This document shows, piece by piece, positions 38,356 through 49,785 of a stretch of DNA of 64,000 nt. The notes beneath the pieces were generated by a model. The model made no database searches. It saw only the letters and a program-made list of their open reading frames with translations, and was not told the DNA's origin. The DNA is from Ophelia neglecta. Taxonomy: Eukaryota. The translations under genes were made by a program, and so were the position numbers. Position 1 is the stretch's first letter, and each line of letters starts with the position of its first letter. Where the stretch lies: contig OZ260664.1 of the NCBI GenBank assembly GCA_965285935.1, positions 83,700,001 to 83,764,000 of the forward strand. Reading direction: 5' to 3'.

Positions 38356-41300
38356 CCATGAGATGTTAGACCCGTGCGTTGGACAGGCTGCTGGCCGTGT
38401 TGGCTAGTTGGTTTTGGTGTATCAGTGAGCCTGTTGGGGCTGTAAGTGTATCCACATGTATGTTTGTATGTTATAGGCAGAGGCACAGCCAGCCAGGATT
38501 CACCCCACAACAGAAACCAGAATCCTGCTTGAGAATCAAGCCAGGAATGTGCTCCAAAAATACACAGGATTGCCGGTATTCCTGGCTTTCTGGTTTTCAA
38601 CATGGGCTTCTACCTCTGGTTATCCTCCCCAGTGACAGTGGGTGCTCCTGCTCAGTCAGACATCACAGCCGGGGGAAGGGGAATCCCCACCAGGGAAATC
38701 CCTCGGGCCAAGCTGCCCGGCCTAAAATAACACCCCAACTCACAGGGAGGGACTGGCTGAGCAGAAATGTCACATCAGTCACAGAGTACTTTAAAACAGA
38801 GTCTGACAGGCCAGTTATAGTGTCTGAGGGCCACTTATAAAAATGTACCATTATCACCAAAAATACCCAGTTCTCACTAACACACAAAGCTCTGCCATAA
38901 ATTTACCTGTACAGCAATCATACTTCAACTGAACAGCAGGAGCAGGAGGTTAGCTTTAATAATGTCAGTCAAGTGCAATTCAAACAATAAGATTGATCAG
39001 TGCTGGAGTTACTTGACACAGCTCTGAGTCAAGTAGGTTACTTGACACAGGGTTCAAGTTAGAGTCAAGTGATAAAACCTACCTGTGTGAAGGGTGCCCT
39101 GTCTAAATGAGCAGGTGTACTCAGACAATCTGGAGACTTGGAGTATGATAGGTGGCAGGATCTCAGGTACTAGACAGTCCACTGATCACCTGAAGTCCCC
39201 AGTTCTGTGTGATCTAAGCTGCTATCTATCAGCCTCAGTCTGTGGGCCAGCCTTCATGGCGCTAACCACCCTCTCCTGATGGTAATATACAACTGGAGAG
39301 GACTCTGTGCTGCCAAGTAATTATCACTCACTCACCAGTGGTCAAATCAACCTTCTCTACAAACATCATGTCTTCAAACTGTTAGAAAGCCAAGGACGGA
39401 GGTGGAATATACTACTTTCTGTACTTCTTACTACAATGTCATACCAGCCTCGAATGCTTAAGAGAAAGTACAAACCAATCATAACCGTGGCTAATTACTG
39501 GCTTTAGTTCTCAAATGAACACCAGGGGGCTGTCTGTCAAATATCACAAAAATGATCTATTCACTTACATTTAATAAGCACCAAATGGCACATTTCCTAC
39601 ACCCATGAACTCAGGTATATTAACCAATATACTCTACAATCAATGTATGAGTCCACCTAGTCACAAACTGTAGTACCTGATACACCATATAAATGGCATA
39701 AGTTTCTTCCAACACCTAACATCACTGTGCCAAGATACATAGCGTGGTACAGTCTGTACAGGCAGTGTCACATTACTAATGGACTTTAACAGGTTAATGG
39801 TACTGGTCGGTTCTTGTACAACAGAATCCACTTTCTATATACTGTGTTAGAGAGCAGATCACTGACAAACAAGCTACTACAGGACCAAGTGAGAAAAACA
39901 TCAACTACATGACAAGTCAGGCTCATTTTACTTATTATTTATTCAACATTTGACCTTTTTTGATAAAAAATACTAGTTGTTGGATGAAATTTATTTACCA
40001 TAAAGACAATAAGTGAGTCTACCAAAGCTGTTGCCTTAAAGTAATGTAGTATAACAGTAATTCAGTATCTGAGACTATCCCTTGGAAGTGCCTGCCTGTC
40101 TAAAAGGAACTTAGTAATAAAGGTCAGTTGAGCATTTTGGGTTCAGGGAGTCCATGTACTCTTTAACTGAGCTTGAAAACACCACCAGCCGCAGCCCTGT
40201 AAGCTGCCCTGTCTAACCCATCTCTCAGCCTGACTCTGGAGCCTGACCTGTCCATCTCCTCTCCACCACTAGTCTGCCCTGCTCTCCGGCTGAAGGTCAG
40301 GGGTCTGTACAAGCTCAAGGTGGGGACCTTCAATGAGCACTGTGCTACTATACTGTGTCTCTCCCAGACGTAAAGTAAACCATGTCTATGATTCACACAG
40401 ATATAGTCTTCACCATTTCTTAGTTTTTGATTTTTGTGGTTAATAAGATACAGGATGAGAAAGCTCGGGTCCCATCAGGACAACTGATATACACGCTTCG
40501 TACATCGCAGAGGCAGGCTGGAATTATAAAACCCACTCACTATATACAGGAGCAGTAACAAAACATCACACACCACTGCTGGCAAACCTTCATCATTAAG
40601 ACAAGTCCTACAGCCAAACACAAATAAAACGTCTGGGACTAATTAAACATGCATTTGTGGTTACCTAAATCTGCCAAAATGTAAAACTACTGCTGATCTA
40701 AAGCCGCTAGTTATCTGTAAAAACCATCTGGCATGGTTCTGGTACACCGCAATAGGCCCAATTCACAAAACACACCGGCATTTCACAGCTTTTAGAAGCA
40801 GGCGGGAAATATCAGTCCACACATCTTAGAAACAGAGTCTCCTAACAGATTCAGAAAAGATATTATAGCTAGTTTTTTTTAGAAGCTCACAAATCAAATG
40901 ATGGACGGACATCCTGGCACTTTGTGGACACAAAAGTAGTTTAATCAAACCTACACTACTTCTTTCCACCAAAGTAGTATTGATTGTCAGTTTTTCTATT
41001 AATGAAGATATGGGTGACCATCATAGCCACCCTTTATCTATCAGGAATTTTGTCAATCCGAAGTGCATCTCCATCTATTAAGATAAACTTGTGCTGAATG
41101 ATGCAAACGGTAAATATGAGCCTAGATTATCTGGAATTCTACATGCTATCTTGTACCTTTAGACAGTGAAGTGCTCGCCTATCTTGAGGCCAGGTGGTTT
41201 TACATTTATCTGGAACACAAAAAACCCAGTTGATGGCATATCAGCACCAAGCCTGTGTGCTTATACCCTGGAGCTCTGAAAAACACATACACCAACAAGA

Positions 41301-42037
41301 CATTCCTGGAATTCTGGGAAATGGGGTTCACCAGATAGGGCTGCACTAGGATTGTCATTTTTCCAATTGGGGCTGTACTAGAAATGGGGTACACCTCAAA
41401 CCAGGATGGGTATCTAAGTAAACAACACCAGGACAGCTAACTTCATTTACCATCTGGACTGATGATGCTGCAAAAAAACTGCCATATAACCAAGGTTATA
41501 CTAGCTGTACTGATGTTACATATTAAATGTAGTAATTGGTAGATGACATATGGGGATGGGCAGGTAGGCATCTCCCGTACCATCCAGCGCCAGGTATGGA
41601 AGGCCATTGGGACGCAAACCAGGTAAAGTATGGAGGGTTTAACTGTCAAAAACAAACAGAGAACAGACAAAAACACACCCTTTGTCAATCATTGCTTTAT
41701 CTTACAGCGAACTTTTTATTAAAAAATACTGTAGAATGAAGACTTATTGTTTAACATAGACCAGGAGATCCAGTAAAAGTAAATCATTTCAGGGGGGTGG
41801 GGGGGAGGGGGGTACGGAAGGATATCAGGCTCTGCCTTTATTGACCAGAAGGAAAAACATGCACAACAATTTTTTTAATTTACAACGGAGTCTGCTAGAA
41901 CAAGGCTGCTAGTTTTGGACTTTTAAAGCTCAAAGTTTTAACACCTTACGAGAGGGTCCTTCATGTGAAACAAACTGGCTGGACATCCACATGTTTGGCC
42001 ACAGAAGGTACAAAGGTACCCAACAAGAGCACCTCAC

Positions 42038-42204
42038 CTTGGCTTGATGAGGGTAATAACTGGAACCAATACAGTAGATATATGACAGTCATTATGATAA
42101 CTGGCCCAGGCCAAGGTAGAGGCAGGTCTGGGGGGAAGGGAGCATTCCAAGGCTAGAGACTGGCAGCTACTCCCAATGTCTCCCATACTGTGTGTTTGAA
42201 TCAT
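42038..42204 (-). CDS. Weak candidate alternative first exon (MIQTHSMGDIGSSCQSLALECSLPPRPAST...LIKP), phase 2
   Basis: 55 open codons from ATG to donor AAG|gtgagg in phase 2. No distinctive protein character. Confidence 0.2.
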
Positions 42205-42695
42205 GGTTCATTAAGACGGACAGAACAGGTGTCTGAGTCTGACTTATCAGGAAATAAGGTCATGGACATCAACTTGTAATGTGAAGTATTTGAGCTGTTG
42301 AGCCGCTCTCATTAGGAGAGGTCTGGGATGGACCTCCTCACCCAGTCACTGTTATCTGCTGTAAAAGGCATATGGCTATTCGGTTTATTTGATATACAAT
42401 CTAAGCCCCTCCACAGTGCCTCGGAATCATAAGGCAGTCACATTGTGAGAAGGATTGTCCCATCATGAGACTTTACTTAAGCATATATTTCATCCTCTCT
42501 CACTTTTTAACCAGCTGTCTCATATTTCTATTTTTTTAATAGGTAAAATATGTGCTGTTTTATGGCCCTTCTGTTTTCTTGTTCTTTTTTTCATGTTGTT
42601 CCCTTGTTTTTAATGTTGTTTCCTTGTTTCTTTTATGTTGTTTCATTGGGTTTTCATGTTGTTTCCTTGTGGTTTACCCATGTAGAGGCACTTAC

Positions 42696-42799
42696 CTGAT
42701 GTAACTGTGTATGAGATCAGAGACAGCCTTCAGTCTGCCTTCCACAGACTCCAGCATCTCCTCCTCCTTTTCCAGATACAAGCTGGTCACAGTGCCCAT
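42696..42799 (-). CDS. Candidate alternative first exon with N-myristoylation consensus (MGTVTSLYLEKEEEMLESVEGRLKAVSDLIHSYI), phase 2
   Basis: gcaATGG start, 34 codons + AG, perfect donor CAG|gtaagt. M-G-x-x-x-S motif followed by a helical-looking charged segment. Confidence 0.65.
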
Positions 42800-42873
42800 T
42801 GCGGGTTAAACTCCCTACCACCTGACTGGGCTGCTACAATCAAACTCAATACTGGACTATTCTCCATCTACTT

Positions 42874-43578
42874 CTATACGGCTATCAGCTACAATGTCCA
42901 TGAATATTTATATGGCCATGAACATCTATATGTCCATGAACGTCTATATGGCCATGAACTGAACGTCTAAATGGCTATCAGCTACACTGTCCATAAACGT
43001 CTAAATGGCTATCAGCTACACTGTCCATAAACGTCTATATGGCTATCAGCTACACTGTCCATGAATGTCTATATGGCTATCAGCTACAATGTCCATGAAC
43101 GTCTATACGGCTATCAGCTACAATGTCCATGAACGTCTATATGGCTATCAGCTATAATGTCCATGAACGTCTATACGGCTATCAGCTACAATGTCCATGA
43201 ACGTCTATATGGCTATCAGCTACAATGTCCATGAACGTCTATACGGCTATCAGCTACAATGTCCATGAACGTCTATACGGCTATCAGCTACAATGTCCAT
43301 GAACGTCTATATGGCTATCAGCTATAATGTCCATGAACGTCTATATGGCCATGAACTGAACGTCTAAATGGCTATCAGCTATAATGTCCATGAACGTCTA
43401 AATGGCTATCAGCTATAATGTCCATGAACGTCTAAATGGCTATCAGCTATAATGTCCATGAATGTCTAAATGGCTATCAGCTATAATGTCCATGAACGTC
43501 TAAATGGCTATCAGCTATAATGTCCATGAACGTCTAAATGGCTATCAGCTATATTGTCCATGAACGTCTATATGGCTA
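42874..43578. repeat. 34-bp minisatellite (atggctatcagctacaatgtccatgaacgtctat), about 20 copies
   Basis: Period 34 (cagcta at 43081 and 43115), with near-identical units. Confidence 0.95.
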
Positions 43579-45545
43579 TTAACCACTGTGGTGAGCTGTG
43601 TTACCTATGGTGTGTACTAACCATCAACACAGAGCCTATCCGTACCACAATACACCACACCTCACTTCCTATTAACCTTGCCTTGGGCTGGTTACCACAT
43701 ACATGCCCTGTCAAATTCCTCCTATGTTCTCTGTGGCTATTTATACCTGGTACAATACAATATGATATCCAATTCATTCACAAACAGTCTAATCTATACT
43801 GTATTTGAAGGATGCTACTCGAAAATTTAAGAAATGCCGGTTACATTGAGGAGATGATACGAAGTGTCCTCAATGTAAATGTGATCATATATATGTATAT
43901 ATATATTATCCAGTTGTATAAATAACCCATTAGGAGACAGCGGATTGATAATGACAGTCATCTCGGCCACATCTTCACCAGACTTAATGACAAAGCTAGA
44001 CCCAGGGGTACATCAAAGTGCTTTTAGCCCTTGGTGAAAAAACAAGTCTGTTATGAATATGTAATTAATGTGTCTAATATCTGAAAGTGTGCCAAGTTAA
44101 TAAAGAGTGATAAATTGGCAATAAGTCACACAACATGATACAACAAGACAACTGATCTGTGGTCAAAACAAGTTGGTCTACGCCTATATATATATCCATT
44201 TCCTTCCACTTTAAATGTAGTCTCCATACACTGTAGGGCTTCATTAGACAAGCGTCAATAATTAAAAACTGCATCTACTTTACAGCAATAAAATGCCCAT
44301 TTTTTCCCTATGTTAATGTGAGTGTTGTTTGTGTCATAGAAAACTTTGTTTGTATGACTGATCAAATACAAAACAACACAAGAAAACATCTGACATAACT
44401 AAAAAAAACTGACTGAGATACTGCTGTCACAGAAGACAGTCTGAGACTTGGTTTATAACTTGGCTGCTAGACAAATAAGCTGAACACAGCTTCCTGTATC
44501 ACACAGTCTGCCAAACCTACATCGAGTACTCTCTAGACAATCTCAATCAATTTATTGTTAGTGGGGCAGGTGCCAAAGACAAGTAGTGTACAGCTGGTTT
44601 GTCTGTGACCATAAGATACTACTACATAGCAAGATACTACTACATAGCAAGATACTTCGACATAGCACAGCATGACACTGGCAGCTGAGCTACAGAAGTA
44701 CATAGACAAGGAGGCTCTATATTTATGTAACCAGTTTTAACTTTTGATCAGAACAAAGTTATTGCACCTAATTCCCTGAAATGTCAAGAATATATATTAT
44801 ATATAAATATGATAGACCTACCATACAATTTGTAGTAGGCTCTTAATAACAACAATCAAATTTATTGTCCATGTACAATGAACAGTAAAGAGAACTGCTC
44901 CATGCTCAAACCACCTTCAAATGGTATTAGCTGACGTCTAGCTATCCTCGTGGTGTTCCTACACTGCCTGTACCTTTAGGTGGTGGTGTGGTAGTGTCTA
45001 GCATGGTGGCCTATAACTGCCTGGCACTCCGTCCATCAGGGCCTCAAGCCCTTGAGGGACCTTGAAGGTGAGCTCCCACTATCTGCCCAGTCAGATGTGA
45101 GATGGTTTAATTAGAATGGTATCTATCAAACACAGCTTTCTCACAAACATCGTTAGTATCACTTCAGACAGCGATTACAGAATCTCCTGACTTGTAAATA
45201 ACGTCTGTCAGAGATCGAGTAGTATACAGCCTCAGGTTCACTTGGTTGAAACATCCCAGACAAACTCTCCGTCAGAGATAGAGCACTGAACTGGTGGAGT
45301 TTTCACCATGGCAATTTACTTACAATAAGGATTGTTAAAAATGTGTTAGTGTTTTTTAAGACACAAGGGTTGGAAAATACCTGACTTTTAATGACAAGAG
45401 TTTGTCAGTTTACCTAATGAGCTATCACTCAGGTTAGTTATAGTGATCATCGGTGGAGACCGACTTGTGAAGTTCACTTAACTTGATGTCTGTAGTATTG
45501 GGGATCTATCAGCTAGCCTTATTGTTGGTGCCAAGTTTATAAATA

Positions 45546-45723
45546 CAGTGAAACCTGTCTTAAAGACCACCTCTATAATCAGACCACATGTTAATTAAGA
45601 CCACTAATGTGAAGACCATAATGTAGACTTTCAATGTTTAATAACCTGTGTAAACCGACCACTTCTATAATCAGACCAGTAGTTTCTAGTCCCATAGGTG
45701 GTCTCAATTTACAGGTTTCACTG
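45546..45723. mobile_element. Intact MITE, 13-bp TIR CAGTGAAACCTGT, TA target duplication (Tc1/pogo-type)
   Basis: TA|cagtgaaacctgt ... acaggtttcactg|TA, with internal gaccac subrepeats. Confidence 0.9.
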
Positions 45724-45806
45724 TAATAGCAAACTTATTTAAACTAAAGTCTTTTTGTACTGGACTTTCAACAAGTGATCAGATGTGTTGGACATTCAGA
45801 GAGTAC

Positions 45807-46141
45807 TAAAAGACAGTGGTTCTAAAAGACAGTGGTTCTAATAGACAGTGGTTCTAATAGACAGTGGTTCTAATAGACAGTGGTTCTAATAGACAGTGGT
45901 ACTAATAGACAGTGGTTCATGGTTCTAATAGACAATGGTTCATGGTTCTAATAGACAATGGTTCATGGTTCTAATAGACAGTGGTTCTAATAGACAGTGG
46001 TTCTAATAGACAGTTGTTCTAATAGACAGTGGTTCTAACAGACAGTGGATCTAAAAGACAGTGGTTCTAATAGACAGTGGTTCTAATAGACAGTGGTTCT
46101 AATAGACAGTGGTTCTAATAGACAGTGGTTCTAATAGACAG
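45807..46141. repeat. 16-bp minisatellite (tagacagtggttctaa), about 20 copies
   Basis: Direct reading; a few units carry a 7-bp internal insertion. Confidence 0.95.
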
Positions 46142-47090
46142 ATGGCAATGCTAACAGATATTAGACTTCTCAGTTATAAAGCTCCAGGCAGGCTGTCAGT
46201 CAGCACCTCATGGCTGTAAGAGGCAGACCCAGTCTTACAAGTAGTAAATGTAGCTGCCAGACACTCTTTTTCTTCCCATGTGACTTTGCCTGTTGTAAGA
46301 TACAACTAAAAGGAGAGTTTTGTCATGTGGCTCAATGGAGGAATGTTGTTAATATATTCCATCCACAGACTATTAATCACATTGATGGTTTCTCACAGAC
46401 AAAAACATAATTTAGAGTGTGTATGATTGTAGTTTTTAGCCTGGTGAAGACCTTTAGCTGGAGAAAACCTATCGTTCAAAGTGACAGGCGTTGTCACAAA
46501 TGGGAAGGCATTCACTTCTCGCTTGTCTTCCAAAATAAAACAACGATGGGTATTTAAGAAAGGTCACCTAAACTATTTGCCGGTTACAAGTGCGTGGTGC
46601 ACACCTCCCGGGCAAATGGAGGAGGTAATCCATGACTGACATGTTTACAAAATACATTTAAAGTTAGCCTTTCAGCCAGTTGTTAGGCCGGGTACAGGGG
46701 AGCAGCTCACCTGTTGGTGTGATGGCCCCATCCTAGCTGCCCTTTGAGGGGGCTGGACACATGGTTAAACCATTACCAAACTCTCACTAGACCTGCCTGA
46801 TAGTAATAACACTGGCATTCTTAGCTCAAAAAACTTACAACACTCTCCTTCACCACCTTCTAGATGTCATAGTCACTACACATTTCTGTAAAGAAAAGTT
46901 CAAATGTGCTAGAATAATTATGGTTGGAGGTCATGGAGGTGTAGTTTGGGACTAAAAATTAACTACATTTTCTTAGTTCTCAGACTTCACAATTTTCCAT
47001 TCATAATTGCATCAAACTCTACAAATATTTGTTGGCCGCATATAATGAGGAGTTCTGGAATGACCAGAATATCAGAGAGTTAGCAGTTCA

Positions 47091-47230
47091 TAGAAGGAGA
47101 CTAGATATCTGAGAGGTAAAGTTCTCTAGAAGGAGACTAGATATCTGAGAGGTAAAGTTCTCTAGAAGGAGACTAGATATCTGTGAGTTAGAGGTCTCTA
47201 GAAGTAGACCAGATATCTGTGAGTTAGAGG
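47091..47230. repeat. 36-bp tandem repeat, about 4 copies
   Basis: tagaaggagactagatatctgagaggtaaagttctc at 47091, 47127 and 47163. Confidence 0.9.
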
Positions 47231-49514
47231 TGTTTAGACATTGACTAGATGCTCCATGCATTCCACCCCTGGCTGATACAGCCTTTCCCAGAGCCATCTT
47301 ATCATATCTCATGGCGTATCACCTCCCAGATAACCTGGGATACCTCAGATACCACTATAACTACCGGTCCTCGGGCTGAGATAGCTGATCCTACACACAC
47401 ATATTATGAGAATATACTACAATCTACAAGGAAATCCTGGCCAGCCAGTGTGGGAATCACTGTGACCACTGGGTGACTGTGTCTGGAGGACCAGAGGTTA
47501 TCTGAGTGTCACCTTGGGGCAACCCTATCTGACCTTCAACACCAAGACACTCAAAAACACATAACCTACCTGATAAGATGGGGGTTAACCCTCTCACTGC
47601 TGAGGTTGTTGATGTGTACTTCCACAGCACTGAATGGGTTAATAGCTTATGGATCACATATCATACACCATAAGGAAGTGTGGTAATGAGAGAAACCTGA
47701 TCTCCAGTCAGTGACATGTCAAACATACTCCAGAACAGCGGACACTTTAAACCATACAGGGATGGGGCTGATAACATCCCTCTCGTTTTACTCACAAGAT
47801 GGCAGACAACCTCCACAGTCCAATCTATATAAGGAGCCACTTAATCTTGTAGGCAGACTTCCTTACATGGATTGAAATAACTTTGAAAGTAGGTTTGAAG
47901 CCAGCAGACATTGAAGAGCTTTCTGACAGTAAACAGCCCTAGGGACCAGCTCAATAAGCTGGCTTCTCCACAGCCCTTTACTGATTTTTCATATATTTGT
48001 AATACATGTACTTATAGATAAATAAATCACTGACTTATTTACTCAAACACATCACTATATATCTATGTATAGCTACCAATAGCCTGGAGCCAAACCAGGT
48101 CACAGGAGCAGAGGAGCAGATGACCTCAATTCTTGACATTTGACCTTTGCCCTTGGAGAAATTGAAGGTCATTGTTTTGTGATTCTATAAGAAATGCTGA
48201 CAATAGCCATAGCAGAAGGGCTGTTGGGAGAAGGGCTGATGGCTGATGGCTGAAGGGCTGATTATATCTGTGACAATAGTAAGTTTGTGCTGTCAAATCC
48301 AGAGTGAGTTTTCCTGCCAGACATGGGGGCTGTCAGATCCATTTGAGGAGGCTGTCACACGGAGCAGACAACGTGAGCGTGTGACTGCTCTGCTCCACAC
48401 AGATAACAGACAGATCTGCAGAAACAGTCACAGACCATCAACAAAGATATACCATGAACAGCTAAACACCATCACACAACCTGCTTTCAAGCTCAAAAAA
48501 ACCAGGTTATGATTGGTACATGCATCCAGATGAATTGATAGCCATTTTCTTGGCTAAAAGTTTACTATATAAAACATAATGTGTTTAAATGTGTACTTAC
48601 ATTCTGTATTCTGAGATCCCTGGTGTTGGAAAACTACAAGCAATCCCGGAAAATAGCCTTGGAATGTTTACAAAGGAATTCTGGCTGTTAATATTGCGGG
48701 GAGGTTGGTATCTGTATATGTTGAGATAGTGTTAGAAGCTGTCTCAGGCTCTAAGTGCCCCTCAAAGGGCTGTTCATCCCCAGTCCTATTGGAGCTGTCA
48801 ACAGGTCTCACAAACAGATAGCTCCTGGCAGGGTGTCCTAGAAACCTGACTGCTCATGGATTGGCATAGGAAACTCATAGACTCCCAGTCACAAGACTTT
48901 CAAAGCATATTCAAAGAATATGTTGGCTGACCTTATCCACAGTAGCTCACAACTAAATGGGGCAACACTGTGGCAGTAAATTGTAAAAGATGGCTTTAAA
49001 TCCTGGCTGGAACCTTTTTGCTGGTGTTCGGATGTTCCTGTTGGCGGCGAAGCCGGTGTGACCTAGTGAGTCACTGGTCCTTGTACTGCTCCGAGCTGTG
49101 ATAGGCACATCATCCACAGAGCATGCACAGCCCTGCTAATGAATAGGACTGAGTCAGGGGGGTGCTCCTCCTACATGTACTACCCTCCAGCCAGTCAGCC
49201 AGCAGCTCCACATGGCTTCATGTGATTGTAATTAACAAGCATAAAATCTCAGACTTGCACCTCCTCCAGATAAATATTATTTCTAAGGAAAGCATCCAGG
49301 CACAGAAATACCAAAATATTCTCACTTATATATGTGCACACTGATTTTTGCCAGAAACAAATATTTAGAACAATATGTCTCCAAGTAGTAATGACATAGG
49401 CTGGTGCCAATTTCTTCCCCCAGGAAGGCTTGGTTACCCAAACTATATACACTGCAGGAACCAGACTAAATAGAATTATGGATACACCCTCCACTACAAG
49501 CAGAGGGGTCTACA

Positions 49515-49785
49515 GGCTGGGAGGTGGGGGCGGGGCTAGTGTAAGGGGGTGGGAGGGGGTGGATAAGGTAAAGAGGGAGTCAGGGAGGAGATAAGAAGAG
49601 GAGAGAGGGAAAAGAGAGAGGGAGAAGAGGAGACAGGGAGTAATAGGGGACAAGACAGGGAGAAGAGAAGACAGGGGGAGACAGGGAGGAGAGGAGACAG
49701 GGGGAGACAGGGAGGAGACAGGGAGGAGGAGACAGGCAGAAGAGGGGACAGGGGAGACAGGGCAAGTGGATAGAGGAAGGCTGGG
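49515..49785. repeat. Purine-rich (GA) low-complexity tract
   Basis: gagacagggg-type units, almost free of pyrimidines on the plus strand. Confidence 0.85.

Noticed and set aside
42874-43578. 34-bp repeat as a CRISPR array
   Set aside because: Head-to-tail minisatellite without spacers.
48601-48711. Possible 111-nt phase 2/2 cassette exon (YQPPRNINSQNSF...)
   Set aside because: Good donor, but the acceptor lacks a polypyrimidine tract and there is no ATG or navigator similarity.
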